Program-made: the position numbers and the translations under genes
Shown here: in pieces, positions 1-14,000 of the stretch
Layout: each line of letters starts with the position of its first letter
Numbering within the stretch: position 1 is the stretch's first letter
Assembly: GCA_964199315.1 (NCBI GenBank)
Contig: OZ116706.1
Coordinates: 16,554,001-16,618,000, forward strand
From: Orbicella franksi
Taxonomy: Eukaryota
Length of the DNA stretch: 64,000 bases
Direction: 5' to 3'
The notes under the pieces: generated by a model
What the model was told of the DNA's origin: nothing
Seen by the model: the letters and a program-made list of their open reading frames with translations, nothing else
The model's database searches: none

Positions 1-929
1 GGGTACGTATTATTCCAACGTCTCATTCGAGCGTGTGACAGATTTGTATAAACTATACACACACATTCCATGCGAAATTCATTTTCTATTATTCTTTTGT
101 CTTTGTGTCTTCACCAAGTAAACAGTGAGGCTTGGATATACTTCAGAAAGTGATATATCCTTCTCAGAACTGACCTAGCTCAAGAGCTTGCACGAGAAAT
201 ACTTTCTCTCTGTTGTTTTACCAAGGAGAAAACAATACATTATTTTCTCGCGCGTGTAACCGTTTTATTTATAAGTTCCACTTTATTGCACCACACAGGT
301 TTAAACACAGTGTTTTATTTCAATTTTCTCTACTATCATGCAGATATTGCGTTCTTTCGCCCACGGATGTATAATGTTTTATCCTACAAAACAAAAGATT
401 GTTTGATCACAAGCTGCCCTGAACCCCTGGGAAAGTCATGTAAACATTATAAGTTCTCAATGCACTATCATTCTATCTTGCTGGGGGTCGTACGACATTG
501 AAATTCTGTTATCATGCCCTTCTTAGCTCCACGTAAAACTTATTTATGTAACATATTTTCTGCTGACAATGTTACGTTTTTGATTGGAAAGTTGGAAATT
601 AAAGTTTAGTACATAGGCAAGACATTGACCAATTTTGCATAAGTCTCATTGATTATAGAGGTCTTTTTTTGGCTAAAAAATCTAAAGAACTCTTTAACTA
701 GAAAGATCTAGAAATAATGAAAGAATTTACGTCAAGAAGTGTTATTTGTAATGCTAGATTTGGTACAGAAATGAATAAAATTGTTGCCCTCGTACCTGTA
801 TATAGTATATATGTCAGTTTATAAGCATTCAACGTTTTGTGGTTTCAAAACGTTTATTTTTACTTTATTTTGACTATTTGTTTTTCCTGTTTTTTTTTTT
901 GTCAGCAGAAAGCTTTCCAAACTTAAATC

Positions 930-1530
930 TTGTTATGAAAATATGATGGTTTACATGGTAAAATCAACTAATAGATTCCACTTTGCTGTGCATCTGTTCA
1001 GTGATAGATCATAGATGGTCATAGATGATGTCAAAATGTGGTAAAAACAAAAAGGTGGCACATGAGGCAATAGCCAAGTGTGTCACTGAAGTTCACTATT
1101 ACTGAGCAGACACACTGCAACATGGAATCTACTAAACAATTGGATTCTGAGCTCGAGATTTCTATCGTGTGATAGTTGACTCGGGCTGCGCCCTCGACAA
1201 TATCACGCATAGAAATTGAGAGCAAATTATCTAGTATAAATCTGCAAGTTGTTCAAAACTAAATATCTAAATCCTCAGATTCACAGACATTTCGAAAAGG
1301 CCAAGAAGTAGCCGTCATTTTGTTAACAAGGGTACACTGCTACGTTACTCACTATCTATCACAGAATAGATAGTGAGTAGCGTAGCCAATCAGAGAATGG
1401 CATTTGTGATACAACGCTAGTAGCTTTATACTAACTGTTTTGTATAAATTATAAAGAAACAAAAAAGATTGTTCATGATGTCATCTATGAATCTGTCCTC
1501 CAATAGATCATAAGTAAGAACTAATCAAAA
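930..1530. repeat. Interspersed repeat fragment with internal 21-bp hairpin (1339-1386)
   Basis: gctacgttactcactatctat-cacaga-atagatagtgagtagcgtagc; recalled resemblance to a common cnidarian repeat; boundaries approximate. Confidence 0.55.
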
Positions 1531-1599
1531 TGCAAGAACAATTTCACTGATTATATGTGCCCACTTTCCCAGATTTTGATAGGTTCCTTTGGAACTCCT

Positions 1600-1960
1600 A
1601 AGTGTAGTTTCCATAATATTAAAAATTTGACTTCTCTGAAATGTTTTAGTGGAGAATGGAACAACGTTTTCTGATTGACTGCAGAACTTCTGAAAAACAG
1701 GACAAAATCAGCATAATCAAATTTTTTTGACGTTCCTGAAAATTCCGTTCCACTTAATTTTGTGTCCAAAATTACAGAATGTTGAGATGAACGATTCATA
1801 TGTCAAATTTTTACTCAACAGAAACTTTCTGAAGATATTTTTACTACTATTTCTCATTCACCTCCATTTGAATGCCCTAGAATTTTTTTCTGGATTGTTT
1901 TGTTCATTGAGAAGAGTTACATCTATCTTCATGCAACATCGACAATTTCCTGAATTTTAA
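1600..1960. repeat. Old degenerate copy of the repeat at 44540-44790, opposite orientation
   Basis: Shares aattccgttcca(t/c)tt and aaaa(g/c)aggacaa blocks with the reverse complement of 44540-44790. Confidence 0.5.
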
Positions 1961-2377
1961 ACTTCTCTACAGGTTGGCATCTCTGAAACCTACTAATTTA
2001 GAGTTAATTTTAATTGGTTTATAAATATGACATTTGAATCTACTTTTTAACAGAGAAAAGAATACTTCTCTGCAGCCAATAACCACAAAAACTGGCAAAT
2101 GGGTTTAATATGGCTCTAAATTTATGTTACAAAAGTGTATGGCAATATTTATAGATGACTGTAAAATGCATAGGTTCTGTTTGCTGGACAGACTGAAAAG
2201 AAGATTTGAATCTGGCTTTATTTCAAGTCATGAATTAAACATAATATTTTTTTATCAAAAAGAATAATAATTTTTTATTGATCTACTTGACAGCGAAGGT
2301 GCCTGTATTCAGGCTTACTCTCACATCCCTTACCCCCAGTATATATAATGTCTCAGATTGAATTCAGAAAACACTTA

Positions 2378-2550
2378 AATGGCCATGTGCCTCTGTTTCA
2401 AAATAAGTCCTCATGCCAAACATTTCATATGAAAATGAGTTTGATTTGCATGTGAATACACTTGTAAGTGGAGCACATTTTCATATGAATGCTTTCACAT
2501 AAAGACTTGTTTCAACACAGAGGCAAATGGGAACTGGGAAATGGCCAGTT
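2378..2550. mobile_element. Palindromic MITE-like element
   Basis: Ends aatggccat...atggccagtt; internal inverted gcctctgtttcaaaa / tttcaacacagaggc and duplicated ttcatatgaa. Confidence 0.65.
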
Positions 2551-3826
2551 ATGCTTATGTGGCATGTGTACACATGTATGTCCTATGAAATGCTAGTTTG
2601 GTTTGCAGCCGGGCCACACTTTGGATAAACTCTAGTTTCGCTTTGTTTTTTCCTCTGAAAACTGTGGTTTTTGAAACCCCTTCACTCTATGGATTTCCAA
2701 TGATCTTCATAGCTTAACTGTGGATATATAGATTCAGGAATCACATAATTGGTACAACTGAGAGTTTTTGACCAGCTTGTTTAAATATTAGCTAGTTTAA
2801 ATTCATAATGCCTTGAGTACAACAATTTTTGTAAGAAAAGTGAAAGGAAAGATTTAAAATTTATGTACATTAATATTTTGACTTATTAAAATTGTGAATT
2901 AATTAGTTGTGAGTTAAAGTGTATGAAACTATTAGGAATAGAATGAAAATGTGATCATAGTTCATGTTATTCTCATTCAACAGAGCTGTAAGTTTAGGTA
3001 TAAGAAAAGAAAAAAACGCCAACTATATAGATAATTTTTTATTACATTACTAGGCTTTAAACTTAATATTAATTTAATAAGTAGGCATAATGTCTAAATT
3101 TTCAGTGTGATGTTGAAGTGCATGTCTTATGTGGTTTTGGAGGCAGTAGATAGAGTCTCCTGCTGAAGATGAGAAATGCTTACCACAACTCACCAGAATT
3201 CAGACTGCAACTACTTTAGAAATGGCAAGTATTAAACTTCCTGATCATCTGAAATTTGATGTCCCGAACACACAAAACATTTTGTAATGGCTTATGCTGG
3301 ACCACATTGCTATATTTAAATGTTGGAAGACACATTTAAAGCATTAATTAACTAGTATTTACGTTTATGGTAGTCCATAGACTTGGGAATCCAAATATGA
3401 ATCTAGTTTGCCATAAAATATGTTTTGCTGAATTTATTGGGTAAATAAACGTTCAATAACTCAATACATGCATGTAAAATTATGTGATGTCAATAAAGTA
3501 ATGTGATGTGATATCATTTATTGTGGTTGAATCAGTGGAGTGGTTCTTTTAACAACCTTTTTGTAAGGCCAAGTACATGTAGCTAGTAGGTAAAATAGTG
3601 GCTGCAGTCTCCCGGACTAAAATAATTATTATTTTATGTTGGTGTCTTTCTTATTACCAGTTTACTGTCAAATTGGCCTCAATGAACTACAACAAAAACA
3701 AAGGACGTCTTGGGCCTGTTTGTTCCAACACAAGTTCCTTGTGCTTTTTAATGTTTAACTTTTCACTCTACTGTTGATCATCTGTAGGGTTTGACATCAC
3801 AAAGAGAGCCAAAGCTTAAGAACAAA

Positions 3827-4363
3827 ACATCAAAACTAATATTATATTTATGGCTTTATATGATAATCACGTTGTGGACAACCTAGCACTGAAAGAATGA
3901 TGAAAACGGATGATACCCTGATAGCAGACATCTTGTTTCATACACATTGTTACTATTTACATCAAAACAAATATATTTATGGCTTTATATTATAATCACC
4001 TTGTGGACAACCTAGCACTGAAAGAATGATGAAAGCGGATGATACCCTGATAGCAGGCATGTTGTTTGATACACAATGTCACTATTTACATCAAAACGAT
4101 TATATTTATGGCTTTATACTATAATCATGTTGTGGACAACCTAGCACTGAAAGAATGATGAAAACAGATGATACCCTGATAGCAGGCATGTTTTTTTTCT
4201 TACACAATGTCACTATTTAAATCAAAACTAATATAAATTGTTTATGGCTTTATAATATAATCATATTGTGGACAACTTAATGAAAACAGATGGTAGCCTG
4301 ATAGCAAGCATGGTTATTCATACACAATGTCACTATCCACATCAAAACTAATATATTTATGGC
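3827..4363. repeat. Minisatellite, about 130-bp unit, about 4.2 copies
   Basis: Units start at 3827, 3959, 4088, 4219, 4339 (a(c/a)atcaaaac...gtggacaac...gatagca). Confidence 0.92.
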
Positions 4364-6619
4364 ATGAAGAAAACCGTGGGGTGAAATCCGTTTGAGTTCT
4401 TTTGACAAGTTGGAACTTATTAAACCCACACTGGAAGATCATATGACTGGTATTTTGTTCAATCTGTCATACAGAATATTTCACCATCAATTTTCACTCC
4501 AACATGGTTATTTGAGAGTTCAAGTATGGTGTTTCAGTTCTGCATGAGTGGATAGAAACAAAAATAATTCTACTAAGTATTGTCACGAGGTGACTCTACC
4601 ACATGGTGTGGCCAAATAGAGACTTCACCATAATTGTCAAAATCTCTGCACTCTTAGTCAACTCTCTAAAAAGGAAATTGGTCAAACATAAAACTTGTTT
4701 AATTCCTTGGTAACTGAGGAAGTAAGGGACAATTTTACACTGTCTTGACATAGTATTCAGCAGTAATGCTTGTAACAATTGTCATAACCACTCAAATATC
4801 TGAAATAATTTGTGACCTTAAAAACTGAATTTGCATGGTATTTAATCTCATAAAATATTACAACTACAGGCTGCAGATAATACTATCTTCTGTCCATCCA
4901 CTGTAAATCTGATAAATATAAATCTGAAGTTGAAAGTCATGAATTTTTTATATTGCTTCTCAGCAACAAAGTTCTTGATTGCAAGTACATTTCAAAGTGA
5001 AACATTTTGTGCAAATTTGTGCAGAAATTTATCCTGGCTACTTTATAGGAAAAATGTGTGGTACAGGAAACTCCAAATAGTTCTGCTATCAATAGCAGTT
5101 GCAGGTGAATACTTTTAGAAATTTTAACTTCAACCTGCAGGATATGAATTCATATTTCACTAATTTTGATTAATGGATTTGTGTACATGAAATTTATTTC
5201 TTGCATTCATAAGCTGAGAGACATATTCCAGACTGACATTTTTTATTATTTATGCAATAACAACAAACTGTATTTTCTGTCAAGTGATTTTTAGCAAAGC
5301 AGAAGGAAACAATGTTGAGTTTAGGCAGCTCAATGATAAATATTTTTACAAAGACAAATGGTAAGAATTTCTGCATTAAACATTAACTTTATATTTTGGG
5401 AAGAAAGCTATTTGACTTTATGTATTTGAATCAAATTGCTTTTTAATATTCTTTTTTACTATGTACAATATGCTCAAATATACATGTTTATTACTCAGTT
5501 ACAGATGTAGTCTCTTCAAGACAGCTCTGCCTGGGTAGATTATTCTTGGCTGAGTGAGATGAAGCAGCCCTTACATGTGATATGTTGTATACAATTCACA
5601 TTGTCCGTGTTAGTGATCTAAAACTTACTTTGCACTTATGATTCAGTGACGTATGAAATTAAACAAATAAGACGTTTCTGCTCTGTTCTGTTTCTATTTT
5701 AACAAGTTTGCTTCTTTAATTAGATTCATATTTTGAAAACAGTTGATTTCCTGACCATGTTTTCTTGATGTAGTTAGGACACGTTTCTAGAAATATCTTA
5801 TCTGTGTGGAAATAATTTACTGCTGGTGATAAAATATAAAAACTTTTCATAGCCAATCGGAAAGTGTGGAGCTGATTGATTCTTATCTGTTATTTTGAAA
5901 CCCATTGTTTCTTCGATTCTATTGAAATTCGTTTTACAGTATTTACATGTACTTTACACAATAACTAATAATGTTTAAATTCATTGTCTCTGTATTTTAC
6001 TTTAAATCATCAAGCATGACTAGCACTTTAAAAGTGTCAACACTGGAAAGGTTCATGCTCTAGGTGGCACTTCTGCATTAAGTAAAGCTTTTAAAAAATT
6101 AAACATAAAACTTCAATTTTGTTTCAATTTCAATTTTGAATTTTTAAAAAAAGAAGTTATAATATTAATGTTTTGTGAATTTAGCTGTATCATTTCTTAC
6201 TTAAAGCCTTTGTTTCTACCATTAAGATAGGTTTAGTTTCATTTGGTATGAGATATAAGTTTTCACAAACAAAGCTAGCTAGCAAGAAAATTAAAGTTCT
6301 ATATATTTTGTGCATATGCTCATGTGATCAGTTTAAATTGTGAATTATTAACATTCAATTGTAGCAGAAAGCTTGTATCTCATTGAACTGAAAGCTACTG
6401 CCAGCAGAAAATTACTTTATTTGCATGTATTCCATCTTGAAATAATTTATTTGTTTTTAATTGTGTTTATAGCTTTGATATCACATCGTGATTTTGATTC
6501 TCTATTGCTATTATCTTACCCTTCACACAGTAGTTGACTAGAACAATTTGTATGTTACGAAGCATTGAAATTGTATCTTGATTATATATCACATATATCA
6601 CAGTATTTAATTTTAGAAA

Positions 6620-6815
6620 ATAGCCCTAAGAAAATACACACGCTGATTGGTTAAAAATCCTGTTTCTATAACTTGATGGAAACGCAGAACTAGCACGAGC
6701 TGTTGACGTAATGATGGCGTGAGCAAAGAGAAGTTACATTTTGATGATCAAAGTAAACAAGTTGTTTCCCGTTTTTGTTGCGGTGTTTTCTAAAAGAAAT
6801 AGAAAACATGTTCTC

Positions 6816-6849
<34 letters not shown>

Positions 6850-6987
6850 AGTTTGGGAGAACTCGAAAAAGCTGTGGAAACACTCGCCTGCAGCTCGTGT
6901 ACATGTTCAGCATTTCTCGTTCTCCCAAACTTCTACTCGTGTCCCTATAACTTGATAGAAACATGGTACATGTTTTCTATTTCTTAA
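6620..6987. mobile_element. Non-autonomous interspersed element with internal inverted repeats
   Basis: tagaaaacatgt / acatgttttcta, gtttgggagaac / gttctcccaaac, duplicated ctataacttgat(g/a)gaaac; CpG-richer than flanks. Confidence 0.65.
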
Positions 6988-7908
6988 GGATACATGCACA
7001 AGCATTTATCTTGGTCTAAATTGTTTTGTGTTTGAAATCTTCCTATTTTTCAGAACTGAAGGATATCAATGGGCCTTAAAACATTTAATTTTTTGGAAAA
7101 CTTTGGAAGATCCTCATGCAAGAAAGATTCATGTTCTTATGATAATCATAAATGCTAGAAGATCCTAACTTGAACATGCAATCGCAAAGAAAAACTCTCT
7201 AAGTCAATATTCTGGAATCTTTGAAAGATCTCTGGATCATTTCTGTGAAAAGTGTATTCTATATGTATTAGAAATATTATATTTGAAATGTTATAGTGAA
7301 AAATTATATTCAATATGTTCAAAGCTGTTTATGATATTTTTGGGTATTTTATTTGTTTTCATGATGAAGATAATATTGCATAATCATTGAAATGTTCAGA
7401 TGGAGGCATTCATGACTAACTACGTACTTGGTTGCTGAAAATAATAGTGATTAAAATGTAAATCGTATGTGTCGTAAAGTTTATTGTATGTGTTGGGCTA
7501 AACTGACAGCTGAAGGCTTGGGTCCTAAGACGTGTACATGTATGTTGTGGAGGATCCACCCAACATTAAGTGTCAAATAAGAAGCATTCATTCTTATAAG
7601 CTTGCATGCTACCCAGGTAGTTATCCTTTTGACTGCTCTCTTGTAGTATGACAATTTAGGGATGTGGTCTGGTTGCTAACACACGTTTACATTATACTAC
7701 ATTGCCAGCTTACCATTTAAGATCATGGGCACGCATTTAGTGTAGATTACAAAAAGCCTACGTTGTAGGCAAAATCGCTCTGCCTACCCCTCTCCCCCAA
7801 TGCAGGCTAGTTGCGAATGCCACTTAACACACGTAGCTGTTTCACTTTCTTCAAAAGGTCTGCCCATTCACTCATTGTAACAAACTGCTGTGGTTCATTT
7901 TGCAGGAA

Positions 7909-8016
7909 ATGACAGTAAATGATGGAGGATTTCTCAATGCAGTCAGGGATGGAAGTTGTACTCATGTCTTGAATCTGTTGGATAGTGGAGGTGTTGACTT
8001 GGAACAAAGAGACCAG
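7909..8016 (+). CDS. KIDINS220: KIDINS220 coding exon 1 (MTVNDGGF...EQRDQ)
   Basis: Acceptor tttgcag ends at 7905, ATG at 7909, 36 codons, GT at 8017. Implies an upstream non-coding exon that I did not locate. Confidence 0.85.
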
Positions 8017-11000
8017 GTTAGAGAATAAAAGGGGTGGCAAATAATGGTAATTGTAGGGACTTTGTGAGAGGATGAAACAAGATTTTTTTTTCTGAGAGAC
8101 TGAGCTATTTCAAATGACTGTGCTTCAATTATTGTGAGATTGAGACTTCAAGGTGTTTTAAATGGAGACTTGAGAGGTTCAGATGACCAAGCAAATCGGT
8201 ATTTCAGACATTCTTAGCTTTGCAAAAAAATCGAGACTGCAAAACAGCTTTGTAAAATAATAGAGACTGCCAGACGCAACGTATAACTGCTAAAAAATGA
8301 GACAGAGACCCATGAAATTCAACAAAAATTTTGTGCGATTCATGGTTTTTAAAGGACCATTCGGCACCCTCACTAAGACTTCTAAACAATATTCTAAAAT
8401 ACATCATCTTCAAGATATAAATTTGCTTTTATGTCAGTTTTAGAGTTGTGTAGAATATTAAAAATGAAATAGATATTACTGCATTGTACATATAATTACT
8501 ACATAATATTGTTATTTAAATATTAACCACTTTTAGCCAAAACAGCTACCTATAATTTACTTGTTAACACATGGTAATATGTTTCTGATGAAATTTTTGT
8601 CTCTGTCAGAATGGCCAGACCCCTTTGATTATTGCAGCAGAAAAAGGGAATGTGGAAATTGTTCATGAACTGTTGAAAAGGAATGTCCAAGTCAATGTGC
8701 AGGATGAGGTGAGGTCACCATAGTAATTAAAAAGAAATTTCTGAACCCTTTATAAATTACAGATTATTAAATGATTGTTTTCAGTAGAACTAGGGTAGTT
8801 ATTTATAACTCTGTAACTATGGTTAGTAATTTGTTACTTTGATATTTTAAGGATGGCTGGACAGCGCTTATTGCAGCTTGTAAGGAGGGGCATATTGAGG
8901 TTGTAAAAGAGCTTCTTGAATGTGGTGCTAAAGTTCAGTTGCCAGACTTGGTAAATATGGATTAAATATTTTAAAAGATTAAATGTAATTATTTCAATTG
9001 GTATGTTTAAATAATAACATTATGAATCATCATGTGTAAAGTCAAATTCATAATCATACGGTGCCAGGTTTGGGTGACAGAATCATTATTCCTGACCATT
9101 AATTAATTTTAAGTCATTTGTTTATGACCCTCAAAAATTGTTGACCTCATTAAACTGAAATTTTTCAATTCTCAGGCAGTTATTCGGTTTTTGGATAAAT
9201 TTTTGCAATTTGCTTTATGTAACGGATAGAAAACTTTCACTACTGTGGTATAATGTCCTTACTTATTTATATATCATAATAATTATTGTCCCGCATGCAA
9301 AATTAAAATTTTGTTTGTAATAACAATAGAAAACTAAGCAAACCTGATAATATCCTCCTGTGGCTAACTGGACATCACCAATAATTGTAGGGGGGCTGGT
9401 CTCCTCTGGTGTGGGCGTCATACAAGGGACATGAAGACATTGTTAGAGAGTTGCTGGATTATGGTGCAGACCCTAACGAGAGAGGACAAGTAAGTTCATA
9501 CGAGTGTTGTTTTGCAAAAATAAACTGTCAGTGAATGTGGGAAATATTCCTTGATTCTCCATCCTTGCAGCCATTAGTTATCCATATTAATGATTTCCTG
9601 CTAATTTCTGGGTACTATTCTACAAAATCAAGCCATTCTAAATTGTTTTGTTGGGTATCTAGCCATCTATGTGTGTTTTGAGCTGCTCTTGCAATCTTGC
9701 TAAATATAAATTCACCATGTCGTACCATCTTTTTATGACATGCCTTTGTATCCCATGATTTTTACATGCGTGTAGTTTCTTGCACCATCAAAATACAAGT
9801 TTATCAAATCATAATTTTATTGTGTTACACACATTTAGTTACTGTTGTCTCAGATAATTGTAAAGCATGTAAAAAAGCTGAAGACATATGAAAAAACACT
9901 TGACAAATGTAGAAAACATACAGGCTCATGTTTTCTAATATTTCGCTCATGATTCCCTGCAATTATTACTAGAGCCACCTTGCTAACGTTTAAGTCAGAT
10001 TATACGTTCAGTCTCATTAAATGTTTTTGGCTCCAATATTACAGTTAGGCCATCCCCCTTTTTTTCTCTGTTTAGCGTCGTCCGACCGACCCAGATTTTC
10101 GCGTTTTCAAAAAAAAAAAAAAAACACAGTTACACAGAAGGCAATGACGGCAATGACGGCAATGACATATTATTTCAAATAATTGTCACTTTAACCTGAA
10201 ACATAAGCAATTTTTTGCCTTACAGATTTTTAGTTTTTCCCTGTTCTCGTTTGATTTTAACAACGACGTCGACTTTTTCCTGCCTCCATTGCTGCGATGT
10301 TGACTTTGTAACCACACCTTGTTGTTTCCAGGCTCCACGGATATTATGCAGAGGTACCGGGCTTCCTAGCTCCAGACTCCTTTTCCAATTTTATTTTTGT
10401 TTTTGTTTTTCTCTTTTCCGACCGACCGACCCAAAATCAGAAAACGCATTCGACAATAAACGGGAAAAAAAGGATGGCCTTAGAAACTTACAGTACAATT
10501 AGTGGTGTCCTGTTTGTTCACATTGTTGATGCGTTAATTCGATGAAAGCTAAGTCGAACTGAGAAAACTCACGACAAGCTTGAGTTAATCTTATCTAGCT
10601 GTTTCAATGGCTTTTGTCCTTGTGCCATTGTTTGATAGTCAGTACATGGCTTTTAATACTTGGGAAACTAACATTGGATAAAATATGTTTCTCAAAACGC
10701 TTGTAATTTTTCACCTATAACTTAGTTTTTTAGAATTTTAGTTTTTAAGCTGTAATTTTCACTTTTAGCGTGTAACGTTCATTTTTTATGTATTTTAATT
10801 GTAATGCGCGTTTGAACATATACGTATGGAATTTGCGCACAACATATTCATAATTATTATTATTATTATTATTATCAAAATGGCGGCATCGTCCTCTTTC
10901 ACTGAGTCACGTGCAGCATTTGTCTGTAAAACGCATTTGGACCAATAGGAAAGAGCCAAAAGAACCCATTGTAAAGCCGGCGCGCATGGATTTTTTTATT

Positions 11001-14000
11001 TAGGTGAAATAGTAAGAAATCTGTTGTTTTGTTTTTCAGTCATTACTTCCCCAGTAAAGGTCGAGAGCTGCTATTATTGTCCCGTGACCCAGAAAAATAA
11101 CTAATAACATAAAAACTGGAAACAAAGTAGACCTTTTCTGGGCAGCACTCAAAATGAATGGTAGAAAATGGCGAGAAATGTTTTAGAGAGCTTTTTAAAA
11201 GTGCTACAAATGCTGTAAAGATCTGTCAGACGTGTCGAGGATGGCCACTTCATCATTGGTCTGACGACTTTCTTCACAGCATTTAAGCACTCTTTCATAT
11301 TTCCTTTTTGGCTTTTTGTCTCAAGCCACTGCGAACCTTTAAGTTGGTTTTACAAATTGACACATGAAAGAATTCTGAGTTTCCTAGTCAGGAGGCACGG
11401 TAAGTTTAGCTAACGACTTAACTTAGTCAATTATTAATTGTCATCTTACAATATTCAATTAGCTTCCCGAGAAGAATAACTCGAGGTGGTAACCATTTGT
11501 GAAAAAAAATCCACTTGCGCTTATTTATTTAAAACCAAAGGGAAATCGAATTTAAGTTTTGAAATTTTTTGATTCTCTAGTAAAACCGAGGATTTTCGAC
11601 AAACAATACTAAGAAATTCTTTATACTTACTCTCACATTGCCGTGTATGTTTCGTTTGAGCAGCATGCCCAAACTTGTGTTCATGTCTTGTAAATTATAA
11701 ATAATGATCAGCGCTAAGAAAACAGAACTTTGTAAAGTGATACTGTTGACTCACCAGGATAGAGGCTTGTGTTTTTTTTTCCTTTTTTCACTCCAGTGTT
11801 TCTTTTAAATTCATCAAGTCTGCAATCAGCATATCTCGACTTCAAATCAATGACAAAATCGCCTTTTTTTAACAATTGATCTTTGAAGCCAATTGAAAGA
11901 TAACATTCTTTCGAATGTATGTCGTTGCCTGATGGCTAGTTTTTGTCGCGGCGGCCGTATACCGTAATTAGAGGTAGCTCACTTTTTTGTGGCGTTTCGG
12001 TAAAATGGGATTACATTTTTGTTTGAGCTAAGCTGCTGTGTTTCCATATTAATATTTCACCATCTTTGGTTTAATTGCATGCTAATTGTAAAAACTTCGA
12101 CTGGCGAAGTACGTCAATAGTAATTTAATGTCTTCAGAATTCTATGATTCGGTTGGCAATTATGTACTGGGCCCTGAAACGGAGCGAACTTCGCAAGCGT
12201 CAGAAATCGACGGAAATCCTCACAAATCTTAACGGTAAGATTTTTTTAAATTTGATTAAAGAATTGAACATTTGTAAAGCAAGCAGACAAATGGTCGTAT
12301 TTTATCATGGACTTGTGAGATCCTTTATTTTAATCCGCTTTGCGACGGCCCATGATAAAATCGTCTTTTTGATATCGGTGATAAACCCACCTCACTTTAC
12401 AGAATATTGCGAGCTCAGTTTCACTGTAAACGTTTATTTTTCGATGCCTGGTTGCGTTGAACCGCAGTGGAGACCACCATTCGACGGACATACGTTGTGT
12501 GCAGTTTTTGTGGTGGCGATTCGTTGCTTATCTTAAGTGGCGTTCGATTTTGCATATATTTAAAAAGTCATTAGCGATTCGCACGGCAGGTGAACTAGCT
12601 TCAGTTGAGATCGAACTGGGAGCAAATAGAGTTCTTTTTATTTTGTGTGGCTCGTTAGTTCTAATTATATACATCAGAATATTGTTTCTCGGTGGTATTC
12701 TCTCGTCAACAACCAGAGGTTCATTCCCGATATGATTCCGTCCAAACGTAAGTGGTCTCGCACCTGAAGTTATGTTATTGCAGTGAGTTGTTACAACGAG
12801 GTGATAAGTTGGTGTGTATCTGACATCTCCAGGCACATATGAGAATTAACGCATGGCTCTTGCGATGGTGTTGTAGGCGAATTTAACGACTTGAACACCA
12901 GGAACGAAGTTTCATTAGCGCATTGTTCCATCTTGAAAAGTACTAGCTTGGGTTTATAAGAGATTGATCTTTGTGCATAAAACTAAATTGCACGAAGAGA
13001 AGTAATTTCTTTTCAAGTACAATTCGCTCCCTAGAAATTACGTTTAATGTGGGCCGCAATAGAGATTTTGAACCATGAAATATGCCATAAATAATGAAAT
13101 GCAATATGAATACGCTTTTTTTTTTTTCAAATTTTCGCAACGATGCACGAAAATTCATCAAGAAGGATATATCGTTCATTTCTTCTCCAGCATTACATGG
13201 TTTTCAGAAGGAATTGTTTAGCCAAGACAGTACACAAAGACTTCACTTGAATCGCATTATCAAGAGAAGTCGTTCAGTTTATCTATTTGTTCATTCATTC
13301 ATAATGGCTCTTCATGTCTTTTATGTTTTGTAAAGAGTTGATTCGTTTCTGCAGCCATGTTGCGTTTCAATCATACTTGCTCCTTTAATAGTTTGAAATT
13401 TAAAGCTCGTCTGATTAGTTTTGTGTCATTTATTTTGTCGTGGATTTATTTTAAGCAAGATTACAAAATTTTCGGCAAATACTACGACGCATTTAGAAAG
13501 ACCCTTTTTACGACAGTTTGGTCTAAGTCTAAGTGGCGCAAAAATTAAAAAGAAGTAGAAATCTGCAAAAAGGGAACGTTTGAGCATGAAATAGTTTAGT
13601 TGTGTAGCTCTATTCGAAATGGAAATGTTTCGTTCACGTAAAATCGGAAATGTTTATTTGTTTTATGCAATGATATATAGCTTTAACCATGGAGATGTTT
13701 AATTTATGTGCGGTTTTTGATACAATATGTGGCCTGTTTTGTCTTTATTGCGTCTGCTTTTCTAAACGCAAATAATAAGAAATTAGGATGTGCTTAGTAG
13801 TGGTGTGTCAATCTTAGTTCAAATGTTCCAGATTTAAAAAAATGTTTCGATTCTAGGTTTTTTTTAATATCGCATATATACCGATTCTTTGTGGAACACT
13901 TGTCGGCTTGCGGTACACACATTTCTATAAACAAAGCCAGAAGTCTGTAGAAGAAATTATAATCCCCCAAATATAATAAAAATAAGTTTTGTTCGCTAAA

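Noticed and set aside
7054-7079. Acceptor followed by ELKDINGP* as the last exon of an upstream + strand gene
   Set aside because: No supporting upstream exons could be identified in 1-7000
12144-12836. 130, 92 and 102-aa ORFs in intron 4 as a nested gene
   Set aside because: No recognisable domain or consistent exon chain; better explained as CpG-rich non-coding DNA
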